64,000 nt of DNA from Promethearchaeota archaeon (lineage in GTDB: Archaea > Asgardarchaeota > Lokiarchaeia > Sigyniarchaeales > SOKP01), in assembly GCA_019058365.1 (NCBI GenBank), contig JAHPZE010000005.1, forward strand, positions 64,001 to 128,000, written 5' to 3'. Positions 39,475 to 48,358 of the stretch are shown here, in pieces. A program made the translations under genes and the position numbers. Within the stretch, counting starts at the first letter, position 1. Each line of letters begins with the position of its first letter. The notes under the pieces are model-generated. The model was not told the origin of the DNA and made no database searches. It saw only the letters and a list, made by a program, of their open reading frames with translations.

Positions 39475-42400
39475 ATGATAATGAATGGAGAAAATATAGA
39501 GATTTTATTAGAGAAAGCAATACTTGAAGAAAAACATTATAGCTGGAAAGAAGCAGCTAACCTATATGATCAAATTGCAAAATCTTATTTAAGTATGGGT
39601 GATAAGAAAAAAGCAGCAGAAATGTATTATAAATCTGGATGGTCTTTTTTTGAAGCATCTTATGCATCAGAAAATACTGAGGATTTAATAGAGAATAGTA
39701 AAAATTTGATTAGAACATTAAAAGAATCTGAAAATCTCTTCAAAGAAAATAGAAATATATCTGAGGAATTAGAATGTAAAGGATTTAGAATACTGTTACA
39801 AGCTATGTTTTTTACAAAATCAAAACCTGAAGTCCCAAATTTAGTACGCGAATCTTTTGAGATTATCATAAGATCATATCAACTTTATAATAAAGATGTG
39901 ATTAACGAAAAACTTGCTAGAAAACCATATGTTTGTTCATTAATTGCAGTTACTCTAGCTTATTGTAGTAGAGATCCTAAAGAAATATATATAACTTTAC
40001 AAAAAGGGTTAGATTTTGCGTATGAGGCTTGGAAAATTTCAAAAGAGGTAAAAGATTTTAAACTTCTCACTAATTCACTGGAGTTAGAAACTACAGCTTG
40101 GAAAATTCTAACTTTTATAAAAAACTTCAAACAAGATAAACATTGGAAAGAATTTTTAGGAAATCTCATTTTAAGATGTGAAGAAAGTCTAAAAATTATA
40201 GAAGAATCTAAAGATTCACAACTTCTTAGAACAATTAATTGGGTAACTGGTCTAGCTTATGTAAATTTTGGATTTCATTATCTTGAAGAAGAAGTAGAGC
40301 AGAGAAAATATCTTGATAAAGGTCTGGAATTAATTGAAAAAAGTATCAAATTTGCAAGAGATACGAGAAATAATTATGTTTTGATTCAGATATTCTTCGA
40401 TCTCGATTTCTACCTCTTCGTGGCGGGTAGAATCGATTATCTTCAGAAAAGAATTATTAATGATATCGATGAAATCACCAAGAAAGGAAAAATATTTGAA
40501 AATACTAATATTTCTTCCTATTTTATAGCTAATTATTTAACTGCATTCTATTATTCGAATAGCGCTCAAATGAGCTTTTTTCCCATAACCCAAAGAATTT
40601 CATATGCTAAGAAGGGTATTGAATATGCTAGAATAGCTTTAACAAAAAACATATGTGAATTTATGAATACATTGCCATATCAAGCTTTAGTCTGGTCATA
40701 TTCTCAATTAATTAACTTAACAAACTTACAAGAAGAACGTATTGAGTTTATGCAGAAAATGCTTGAATATGCAAATAAGGCTAAGGAGATTGGTGAAAAA
40801 TTTGAAGGTGGGTTTACTCGAACTGATGGTTATTCTTCCATATACAGAGCTTATAAAACTTTAGCTGATATTGCTGATAATAAGCAAGAAAAAGTTAAAA
40901 TGTTAAACATTGCTATTGATGCTGGTAAAAATTACGCGAATCACGCATTGGAATCTCGGACTGGCATAATAACGGCAACATTGCGATTAGGACTTTTATA
41001 TGAAGAAATGGGTATATTAACATTGAATAAAGAGGCATTTCTCCGGGCTAAAACATTATTTGATAATCTTATTAGTGAATGCATTGAAAAAAAATATCAC
41101 TCATACGCGGCAGCTGGATGTGAATATATCGCTCGGATCGAAGATAGATTAGGGAATCACAATAGTTCTGCATGTTATTATGAAAAAGCTAAAACTGCAT
41201 ATTTAAATTCACTGCAAAATGTTGGTTACAAACTCCTTAAAAACAGAATTAATGAAAAAATTAATTATGTAGATGCTTGGAGCTTTATAGAAAAAGCAAA
41301 AGCATACCATAAAAAGGAAAATCATCTAAAAGCTAAGGAAAGTTATGAGAGAGCTTTTAAAATTCTTAGAGGATTTCATAATTTTAATTATGAATCTGTT
41401 TATTATTCTGCTTGGGCTATACAAGAAGAAGCAGAACAATTTAGCAAACTTGAAAATCATAAAGAAGCTATAGAAAAATTTGATGCAACAAATACAATTT
41501 TTAACGATTCCATAAAGGCTATGAATAAAATCGCTAACCAGATAAAAGATAAATTCACTATACAAAGGATTGAAAGGCTTAAAAAAGTAGCACAATTACG
41601 GATTAAATATTGTTTAGCAAGATCACATATAGAAAAGGCGAGAATTCTTGGAAAAAAAGGTGAGTATAGCGCAGCAGCAGAGTTATTTGCCTCTGCCGCA
41701 TCTGAGTTTAGAGATGTTTGTAATCTCTTTAAAATTGAATCAGAAAGGGTTGAACTTGAAGCAGTATACTTTCTCTGTAGAGCATGGGAAAGCATGGAAC
41801 TGGCTGAGAAATTTGTTGATCCAGAAAGATTTGCAGATGCAGCAAATCTCTTCATTAAAGCAAGTGAACTTTTTAGTGATAGCAAATTAAAATTATTAGC
41901 TTCTGGTAATTCAGCCTTTTGTGAAGCTTTAGAATTAGGTTGTGAGTTTGATGGAACTCATGAATATAATATAAAAGCAGAATTATATCCAAAAATCAGA
42001 ACAAGATTAAGAAAAGCTGCTTCTTCTTATGAAAAAGGTGGTTTTGAAAAAGGAAGTGACTGGGCGTTAGCAACATTAACCTATTTTGATGCTGCATGGT
42101 CTTTAATACAAGCAGATGAAAAATTAGAGTTTGAGGAAAGGAAAAAACTCTTAAGTATTGGATCAGAATATTTAAAGTCCGCAGCAGCACTTTTTAGTAA
42201 AGCTGGTTATAAAGATAAGGAAAAAGAAACTTTAAAACACTTGAATATTGTCGCAAAAGAAGAAAAAATAATTTTTTCAGCTTTAAATTCAATTAAAAAA
42301 CCAGGTATATCGGGTAGTACTGTTGGGATTATCGCTCCTGCTTGTGCGGTAGAAATCAGTCAATCTCCGAGATTAGGTGAAGTAACTCAATTTACTCAAG

Positions 42401-43311
42401 AAGAAAGAAGAGTTTTAGGAGAAAGGTTAACTAAAAAGAAATATGAAATAATCTATAAGGACTTGTTTAAAGAATATTCAAGAGCTCAAAAAAGAGAATT
42501 TAGGGTTGGAATTGCTCAAATTGGTGTATCCAAATCTGGTGATATTATGAGAGAATTCTATACTATGACATTTTCAGGTCTCTTAAGCCTCAGACGTAAT
42601 AAAGTTGAAGCTTTAAGATTTAAAGTAAAAAATATGATTGAAAATGCACATAAAGAAGGTGTTAATGTTTTACTTTTTCCAGAAATGATCGTTGACCTCA
42701 ATTACAGTGAAATGTTAGAGGATATTTCTGATCTTGCTAAAAAATATGAAATGTACATAATTCCAGGTTCATTTCATGATCAAAAAACAAAGAGAAATCT
42801 TGCCAGGGTCTTTGGACCAGAGGGTATTCTTTGGGAACAAGAGAAACATATACCGGCAATTATACAACATGGAGAAAGAAAATTTAAGGAAGGTATAGAG
42901 GTAGAAAATCTTCCCCAAAAGATATTCGTTTATGATACAGAGTTTGGAAGAATTGTAATTTCTATTTGCCGCGATTTTCTTGATATGGATTTAAGAGTAG
43001 AACTGAAAAATTTTGAACCACCGGTTGATATAATTCTAAATCCTGCTTTTACTCCTGTCACTGCAGATTTTAAAGCAATACACTTCGATGCTCGGAGATC
43101 TATTTATGCTTACTGTTTTTTTGCCAACGTAGCTGAATTCGGTGATTCTCTTATCTATACACCCGAGAAAGATCGCACTGAGAGAAATATTCCGGCAAAA
43201 GAAGAGGGGTTGATTTATAAAGACATAGACCTTTTTAAATTGCGTTCAGAACGCAAAAAATGGGAAAAACAGCAAAAGAAAGAAGTACAATTTATTCAAA
43301 GTACAAGATAG
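39475..43311 (+). CDS. Large TPR/SNAP-like helical-repeat protein fused to a C-terminal carbon-nitrogen hydrolase (nitrilase) domain
   Basis: About 1000 aa of helical repeats, then RVGIAQI, LLFPEM (Glu), QEKHIP (Lys), SICRDF (Cys), FFAN...GDS. Confidence 0.85.
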   Translation: MIMNGENIEILLEKAILEEKHYSWKEAANLYDQIAKSYLSMGDKKKAAEMYYKSGWSFFEASYASENTEDLIENSKNLIRTLKESENLFKENRNISEELECKGFRILLQAMFFTKSKPEVPNLVRESFEIIIRSYQLYNKDVINEKLARKPYVCSLIAVTLAYCSRDPKEIYITLQKGLDFAYEAWKISKEVKDFKLLTNSLELETTAWKILTFIKNFKQDKHWKEFLGNLILRCEESLKIIEESKDSQLLRTINWVTGLAYVNFGFHYLEEEVEQRKYLDKGLELIEKSIKFARDTRNNYVLIQIFFDLDFYLFVAGRIDYLQKRIINDIDEITKKGKIFENTNISSYFIANYLTAFYYSNSAQMSFFPITQRISYAKKGIEYARIALTKNICEFMNTLPYQALVWSYSQLINLTNLQEERIEFMQKMLEYANKAKEIGEKFEGGFTRTDGYSSIYRAYKTLADIADNKQEKVKMLNIAIDAGKNYANHALESRTGIITATLRLGLLYEEMGILTLNKEAFLRAKTLFDNLISECIEKKYHSYAAAGCEYIARIEDRLGNHNSSACYYEKAKTAYLNSLQNVGYKLLKNRINEKINYVDAWSFIEKAKAYHKKENHLKAKESYERAFKILRGFHNFNYESVYYSAWAIQEEAEQFSKLENHKEAIEKFDATNTIFNDSIKAMNKIANQIKDKFTIQRIERLKKVAQLRIKYCLARSHIEKARILGKKGEYSAAAELFASAASEFRDVCNLFKIESERVELEAVYFLCRAWESMELAEKFVDPERFADAANLFIKASELFSDSKLKLLASGNSAFCEALELGCEFDGTHEYNIKAELYPKIRTRLRKAASSYEKGGFEKGSDWALATLTYFDAAWSLIQADEKLEFEERKKLLSIGSEYLKSAAALFSKAGYKDKEKETLKHLNIVAKEEKIIFSALNSIKKPGISGSTVGIIAPACAVEISQSPRLGEVTQFTQEERRVLGERLTKKKYEIIYKDLFKEYSRAQKREFRVGIAQIGVSKSGDIMREFYTMTFSGLLSLRRNKVEALRFKVKNMIENAHKEGVNVLLFPEMIVDLNYSEMLEDISDLAKKYEMYIIPGSFHDQKTKRNLARVFGPEGILWEQEKHIPAIIQHGERKFKEGIEVENLPQKIFVYDTEFGRIVISICRDFLDMDLRVELKNFEPPVDIILNPAFTPVTADFKAIHFDARRSIYAYCFFANVAEFGDSLIYTPEKDRTERNIPAKEEGLIYKDIDLFKLRSERKKWEKQQKKEVQFIQSTR

Positions 43312-43396
43312 TTAAAATACTCTCTAAAATTTTAAATTATTTTAATAATAGTAAAGAATTATCTTTGAATGATAAATTTTAAAGTGTTCTATTTTA

Positions 43397-44212
43397 ATGA
43401 GTAAGGGATTTAAACTTCTTCGCGTAGAATATATATTTTCTGTATTAATACCATGTTTATTATGTATATATTTGAATAGTTATTATATAATTTCTCAAAT
43501 ATGGATATTAGCAGGATTTGCTTTTTATGCGATTACAGGGAATACTCTAAATGATTTCATTGATATGAAAGATCCTAATGAAAAAGAAACCTTAGAACGA
43601 GTGAAAGGATATGGGAGAAAAGAAATTGCTGTTCTTGCTATGGCAAGTTTCATGCTTGGAACCATGTGTTTTATAAATGGTATCTTAGTGAGACCAATTC
43701 TCGGAATATACTTGGGACTTATTGTATTTATGGTAGTTTTCTATTGTCTATTTAAAAAGCTTGTTATTATTAATCATATTATTTTGGGCATTTCTCATAT
43801 AATTTTACCTTATTTTATGATTAAAATTAATGCTGGAGATGTCTTCATGAATATTTTTCCCGAAATGGGGTTATTTGAATCTTTAATATTAGCAACTATA
43901 ACAGTTGTAGCATTTACAGGGCAAATGGTTCATGAGATGATTGATGGTGACTCATTAGCTAAATTAAAACCAAGATCATCTCAAATGGTAATTTGGGTAG
44001 CTTGTATAATTTCTTTACTAATTTCAATAATCTCTTTCATTATTACAAAATACTGGATATTCTTGCCAATTGTATTTTTTCCACTTGGAATTATGTATAT
44101 TTATAGAAAACCTCGGACTGATCTATTAGGAAGAACATCGCTAAAAGATACTGGAATTATATTAGGAAATCTTATGTTAGTGTATATCATTATTTTAATA
44201 TTGGCTCCATAA
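43397..44212 (+). CDS. UbiA prenyltransferase family membrane protein
   Basis: GNTLNDFIDMKD and HEMIDGD aspartate-rich motifs; multiple TM segments. Confidence 0.8.
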   Translation: MSKGFKLLRVEYIFSVLIPCLLCIYLNSYYIISQIWILAGFAFYAITGNTLNDFIDMKDPNEKETLERVKGYGRKEIAVLAMASFMLGTMCFINGILVRPILGIYLGLIVFMVVFYCLFKKLVIINHIILGISHIILPYFMIKINAGDVFMNIFPEMGLFESLILATITVVAFTGQMVHEMIDGDSLAKLKPRSSQMVIWVACIISLLISIISFIITKYWIFLPIVFFPLGIMYIYRKPRTDLLGRTSLKDTGIILGNLMLVYIIILILAP

Positions 44213-44284
44213 AAACAATAAGAATTATATTAATATCTACTAATATTAGATAAATTGATTTAAGTTTTTAAAAGGGGATTAAAA

Positions 44285-45556
44285 ATATCGAAAATAAAAC
44301 CTGTAAGTAAAGATTTTTTTTCTGACTTTGATGAGAAAGCATGTACTCGCTGTGGTGAATGCTTTCATAAATGTCCAGTTATGTTACTTCCTAAAGATTT
44401 AGCAATTGATGAGATTAAAAAATTGATTGCGGGAGAGAAGACCAAAAAAGTATTAAGTGAATGTCAAAGCTGTTTCTCATGTAATTTTTATTGTCCAGAG
44501 AATGCCCATCCAGCTGGTCTTGTTTTACAGCGATGGAATGAGCAATATCAAAAAGAGGAACTGAAAGTAAGAGCAAAACATTATATGACACTTTATCCAT
44601 ATTATCCTAACTTCCGATCCTATGTTATGGAACATTTACCAGAAAAAACAAAAGATCTTGTTAAGAGTTGGGCTTCTTTAAAACCTTTAAAGGGAGATAC
44701 ACTGACTTATCCAGGTTGTAATATCATAACATTTGCTGAACTTACACAAGCTAGTTTTTTTAAGGACTTAGATATAAGAGGCCGTTTAGAATATTGTTGT
44801 GGTGAAACTTTATTTCGAACAGGATATACAGAGGAGCTTTATCAGATTACTAAAAGATTAGATAAATGGTTTAATATTTTGAAACCTAAAAATTTACTTG
44901 TTCTTTGCACTGCAGGTACAAATGTTTTCAAAAATGTACTTCCTCAATATGGATTAACTTATAAATTTGAAGAGATAAAGTCATATATTCAATTCTTATG
45001 GGAAAAAATTGAGACTGGGAAACTTAAAATCAAGAAAAAATTAGATATGACCGTTACGATACAAGATTCTTGTTATTCTAAAATGTTCGGAGAAGAATAT
45101 ATGGATTTACCTCGAAAGATTTTAGATGCAATAGGGATAGAGATTATTGAAACGGAGTCATGTAAGCAGAATATGAGATGTTGTGGAATTGGTGCAGGAT
45201 TTTCAGTTGATTCCGCTTATCAATCATTTAGAATCCGGTCATCAACTCTTAGAAACTTTAAGGATTTTAAAAAGACTAAAGCTGATGCTGTATGTGTATA
45301 TTGTGCTGGATGCTTAGCAACATTCATTGGAAATAAGAAACTTTATTTTAAAAAACTTAAGGTTTATCATATTATTGAGTTAATACAAATGGCTATTGGA
45401 GAAAAACCTTGCTTAACATCAAAATTGAAAAAGAAAAGGGGCAATTATTTTTTCTGGGGTGCTATTCGAAAACAAGTCCCTAAATTACTATCAAAAAAAA
45501 CATTTAAAATAGCTAAAATTCCTGAAGAACCTCCTGAATACGATGAGGCTTGGTAA
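44285..45556 (+). CDS. (Fe-S)-binding CCG-domain protein (HdrD/GlpC-like), probable ATA start
   Basis: First cluster motif CTRCGECFHKCP lies upstream of the track ATG (44381); also CQSCFSCNFYCP, YPGC, YCCG, DSC, RCCG, YCAGC. Confidence 0.85.
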   Translation: MSKIKPVSKDFFSDFDEKACTRCGECFHKCPVMLLPKDLAIDEIKKLIAGEKTKKVLSECQSCFSCNFYCPENAHPAGLVLQRWNEQYQKEELKVRAKHYMTLYPYYPNFRSYVMEHLPEKTKDLVKSWASLKPLKGDTLTYPGCNIITFAELTQASFFKDLDIRGRLEYCCGETLFRTGYTEELYQITKRLDKWFNILKPKNLLVLCTAGTNVFKNVLPQYGLTYKFEEIKSYIQFLWEKIETGKLKIKKKLDMTVTIQDSCYSKMFGEEYMDLPRKILDAIGIEIIETESCKQNMRCCGIGAGFSVDSAYQSFRIRSSTLRNFKDFKKTKADAVCVYCAGCLATFIGNKKLYFKKLKVYHIIELIQMAIGEKPCLTSKLKKKRGNYFFWGAIRKQVPKLLSKKTFKIAKIPEEPPEYDEAW

Positions 45557-45558
45557 TT

Positions 45559-46920
45559 ATGAGTAAACTTAAAAGAATATCAGGATTTAGAGAAGACCTA
45601 TGTAATTTATGTGGTGAATGCCTACATTTATGTCCTGTCTTAAGCCTACCTATTGAGGATGCAAAGGAAGAGATTAAGAACTTAATTGAAGGAAAGGACT
45701 CCAAATATACCCTAACTAAATGTAATACCTGTTTTTCTTGTAATTTGTATTGTCCTCAAAATGCAAATCCTTATAATTTAATTCTTGAGAGATGGAATGA
45801 CCTTTACAAAAAAAGAGCAGCCCCGTCATTATATCGTTTTGTCTGTCCTACTGAACAAAATAATATTTGGCAACTACTAAATATTTTTTTATCTAATCAG
45901 GAAAGAAGATGGATTTATAAATGGTTTAATTACATCCCAAAACCTAATGATACCCCATTATTGATTGGAAATTATACCCATTTATTTCCATTTATAATAG
46001 GCGGAAGTAAATTATTAGATTATTTTAAGCCTATTGACAGAATTGATCAATGGGAAGGTGGTGCATATTTATACCAAGGTGGATATTTAGATGTTGTCCA
46101 AAGGATCGCTCAGAGAACAAAGATTGAATTTGATAACTGGGGTGTAAAAAAAATTGCTGCTTGTTTGGATGCGGTTGAATATATATTTAAAGAAGTTCAT
46201 CCTAAAGAGATGGGAGTAGTTCATGCTCAAGAATTTGTTAATTTTAACCAATGGTTATTAGATAAAATTAATTCTAATGAAATTCAGCTAAAAAATCAAT
46301 TAAATTTGAAAGTAACAGTTCATGATAATTGTTATTCTAAAAGTCTAGATGGTGCTTATTGGGAAGCTCCTCGAGAAATATTAAAAAAATGTGGATGTCG
46401 AATTAAAGAAATGAAACATAATCGAAAGAATTCATTGTGTTGTGGTTTCGGCGCAGGGGCTTCTTGGGTAAAAAATATTTCAATCCCATTTGATATTATT
46501 TCGGAAGGATTCAAAAAATTCAAAGAAGCAGAAGACACGGGCGCAAAAGCTTTAATATCCTACTGTGGGGGCTGTATTTATTTATTATGGGCTATAAAAG
46601 AGCTCAAACGAAGTAAAATAGATATATTCCATGTTATTGAAATTGTAAGAATGGCTATGGGAGAAAGGTTGAATTATCCGCAAGATCACATTAAACGAGC
46701 ATGGGATATTATCGCAATTATATCTTATTCGCTACTACTTTCTGTTTATAAAAAGAATTTTTTCTTAAATAAATTAATATATGATGAAAAATTCAGTTCT
46801 TTCCAGCCAAAAAGGCATACTCTTTTAAAAATTATGAGAGCTTTATTTAAGATCTCATTAGTCAGAAAGGTTTATGCTTTACTTTTTCGTTTGTTCATGC
46901 CAATTTTAAGAACTAGGTAA
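45559..46920 (+). CDS. (Fe-S)-binding CCG-domain protein, paralog of the upstream gene
   Basis: CNLCGECLHLCP, CNTCFSCNLYCP, HDNC, LCCG, YCGGC; first CCG motif replaced by WEGG. Confidence 0.85.
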   Translation: MSKLKRISGFREDLCNLCGECLHLCPVLSLPIEDAKEEIKNLIEGKDSKYTLTKCNTCFSCNLYCPQNANPYNLILERWNDLYKKRAAPSLYRFVCPTEQNNIWQLLNIFLSNQERRWIYKWFNYIPKPNDTPLLIGNYTHLFPFIIGGSKLLDYFKPIDRIDQWEGGAYLYQGGYLDVVQRIAQRTKIEFDNWGVKKIAACLDAVEYIFKEVHPKEMGVVHAQEFVNFNQWLLDKINSNEIQLKNQLNLKVTVHDNCYSKSLDGAYWEAPREILKKCGCRIKEMKHNRKNSLCCGFGAGASWVKNISIPFDIISEGFKKFKEAEDTGAKALISYCGGCIYLLWAIKELKRSKIDIFHVIEIVRMAMGERLNYPQDHIKRAWDIIAIISYSLLLSVYKKNFFLNKLIYDEKFSSFQPKRHTLLKIMRALFKISLVRKVYALLFRLFMPILRTR

Positions 46921-47068
46921 TTTCACATACTTTTTAGTGAAAATTAAGGTTTTATTATAATTCATTATAGAGTGACTTTTTAAATATCTTTAAAAAATAT
47001 TAAATAATTACCTCATATTCGAAAGACAATTATCGATTAAGATATCCAAATCAATATATTAATAGTAT

Positions 47069-48316
47069 TTGGAGGAGTTACTCATATCTGATATAGAATC
47101 TCAAAATTCAATACAGTATATTCAACAAAAAGATGAATTTGATTATTTGAAGAGTTTGATTAGCTCTGTTGATAAAGGGAAATGTGTTGGTATTTTATTA
47201 CACGGTCCTCCTGGTACTGGTAAGACTTTATTAGCAATTTCACTTGCACAGAATTTTAATTCTTCTTACTATATAATTGATGGATCTCCTGATCTTGATA
47301 GAAGAGATATTGAAGGTAATTGGGAACTTATTAAAGGAGCAACCAAATTTAACTATGGACCATTAACTTTAGCAATTAAAGATGCGAATAAACGTGGAAT
47401 TTCCTTTGTTATCATTAATGAAATAAATGCTATAAGAGAGAATGAACAAATATCTTTAAACTCGTTATTATCTGAATACCACATCAATTTAATCTCTAAG
47501 GCGTTTGAGAAACATGAACTAAGTTCTAAAAGTAAGTTAATAATAATCGGAACCATGAATAAGGGAGTTGCTGGAATAAATAAACTTCAAGAAGCATTTG
47601 AAGATCGATTCATAATAAGCCCAGAAATAAATTACCCTTTAAAAAATAAGGAAATTGATATCGCTATTAAAATGTCAGGATGTAAAGAAAAAATCGCTGA
47701 AATTGTTGTAGATGCAGCCCGGCAAATAAGAAAACAAGCGATACAGGACTTCTCAATTACAAAAATCTTCTCAACTCGTTTGATTATTAATTTTTGTATG
47801 TTAATTTCCAAAATGCCTCCTAAATTTTTAAAAAATAATATTGAAAATGTAATCTTAAACAAACTTGGAAATACTCCTGAAGAAAAGAAGTCGATCGCAA
47901 TGATACTAGATGGTAAAATGTTTGAGAGTAAATTAAAAGAAGAACTAATTAATAAAGCAGGTGTTCCATTAGTATGGGAAGATGCTATTGATAATTGCTC
48001 AGTAGATCAGATTATTTTAAAGACCAAATCGTGTTTTGATAATTATATTAAGACTTGGGGGAGAGGAAATACAATTAAAAAAAATGGAAATATAATGTGG
48101 AAGCCATTACAATGGATGTGGAATAAAAATAGATTAATTTTACAAGAATATATCAAACTAACAGAATTATTAAGATTTCCAGTAATCTATAAACAAGAAA
48201 CAGGAAAAGATCATATCTACAATGAAGTATTGACATTGAATTACATTCGATGGCTTTACCAACAGAAAATAGAAGAATTAACAAATTTTATGGCAAAAAT
48301 ATTTCCAGTTATTTAG
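47069..48316 (+). CDS. MoxR/CbbQ-family AAA+ ATPase with C-terminal extension
   Basis: GPPGTGKT, YGPL, IINEIN, IGTMN, AFEDRF, FSTR. Confidence 0.88.
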   Translation: MEELLISDIESQNSIQYIQQKDEFDYLKSLISSVDKGKCVGILLHGPPGTGKTLLAISLAQNFNSSYYIIDGSPDLDRRDIEGNWELIKGATKFNYGPLTLAIKDANKRGISFVIINEINAIRENEQISLNSLLSEYHINLISKAFEKHELSSKSKLIIIGTMNKGVAGINKLQEAFEDRFIISPEINYPLKNKEIDIAIKMSGCKEKIAEIVVDAARQIRKQAIQDFSITKIFSTRLIINFCMLISKMPPKFLKNNIENVILNKLGNTPEEKKSIAMILDGKMFESKLKEELINKAGVPLVWEDAIDNCSVDQIILKTKSCFDNYIKTWGRGNTIKKNGNIMWKPLQWMWNKNRLILQEYIKLTELLRFPVIYKQETGKDHIYNEVLTLNYIRWLYQQKIEELTNFMAKIFPVI

Positions 48317-48358
48317 ACTTCAAATCAAATTGATTCAAAATAAGAGTTTTAAAAAAAA

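Noticed and set aside
29471-46920. Selenocysteine/pyrrolysine read-through in the Mo enzyme or Hdr-like proteins
   Set aside because: No in-frame TGA or TAG interrupts these domains; the ligand positions are Cys.
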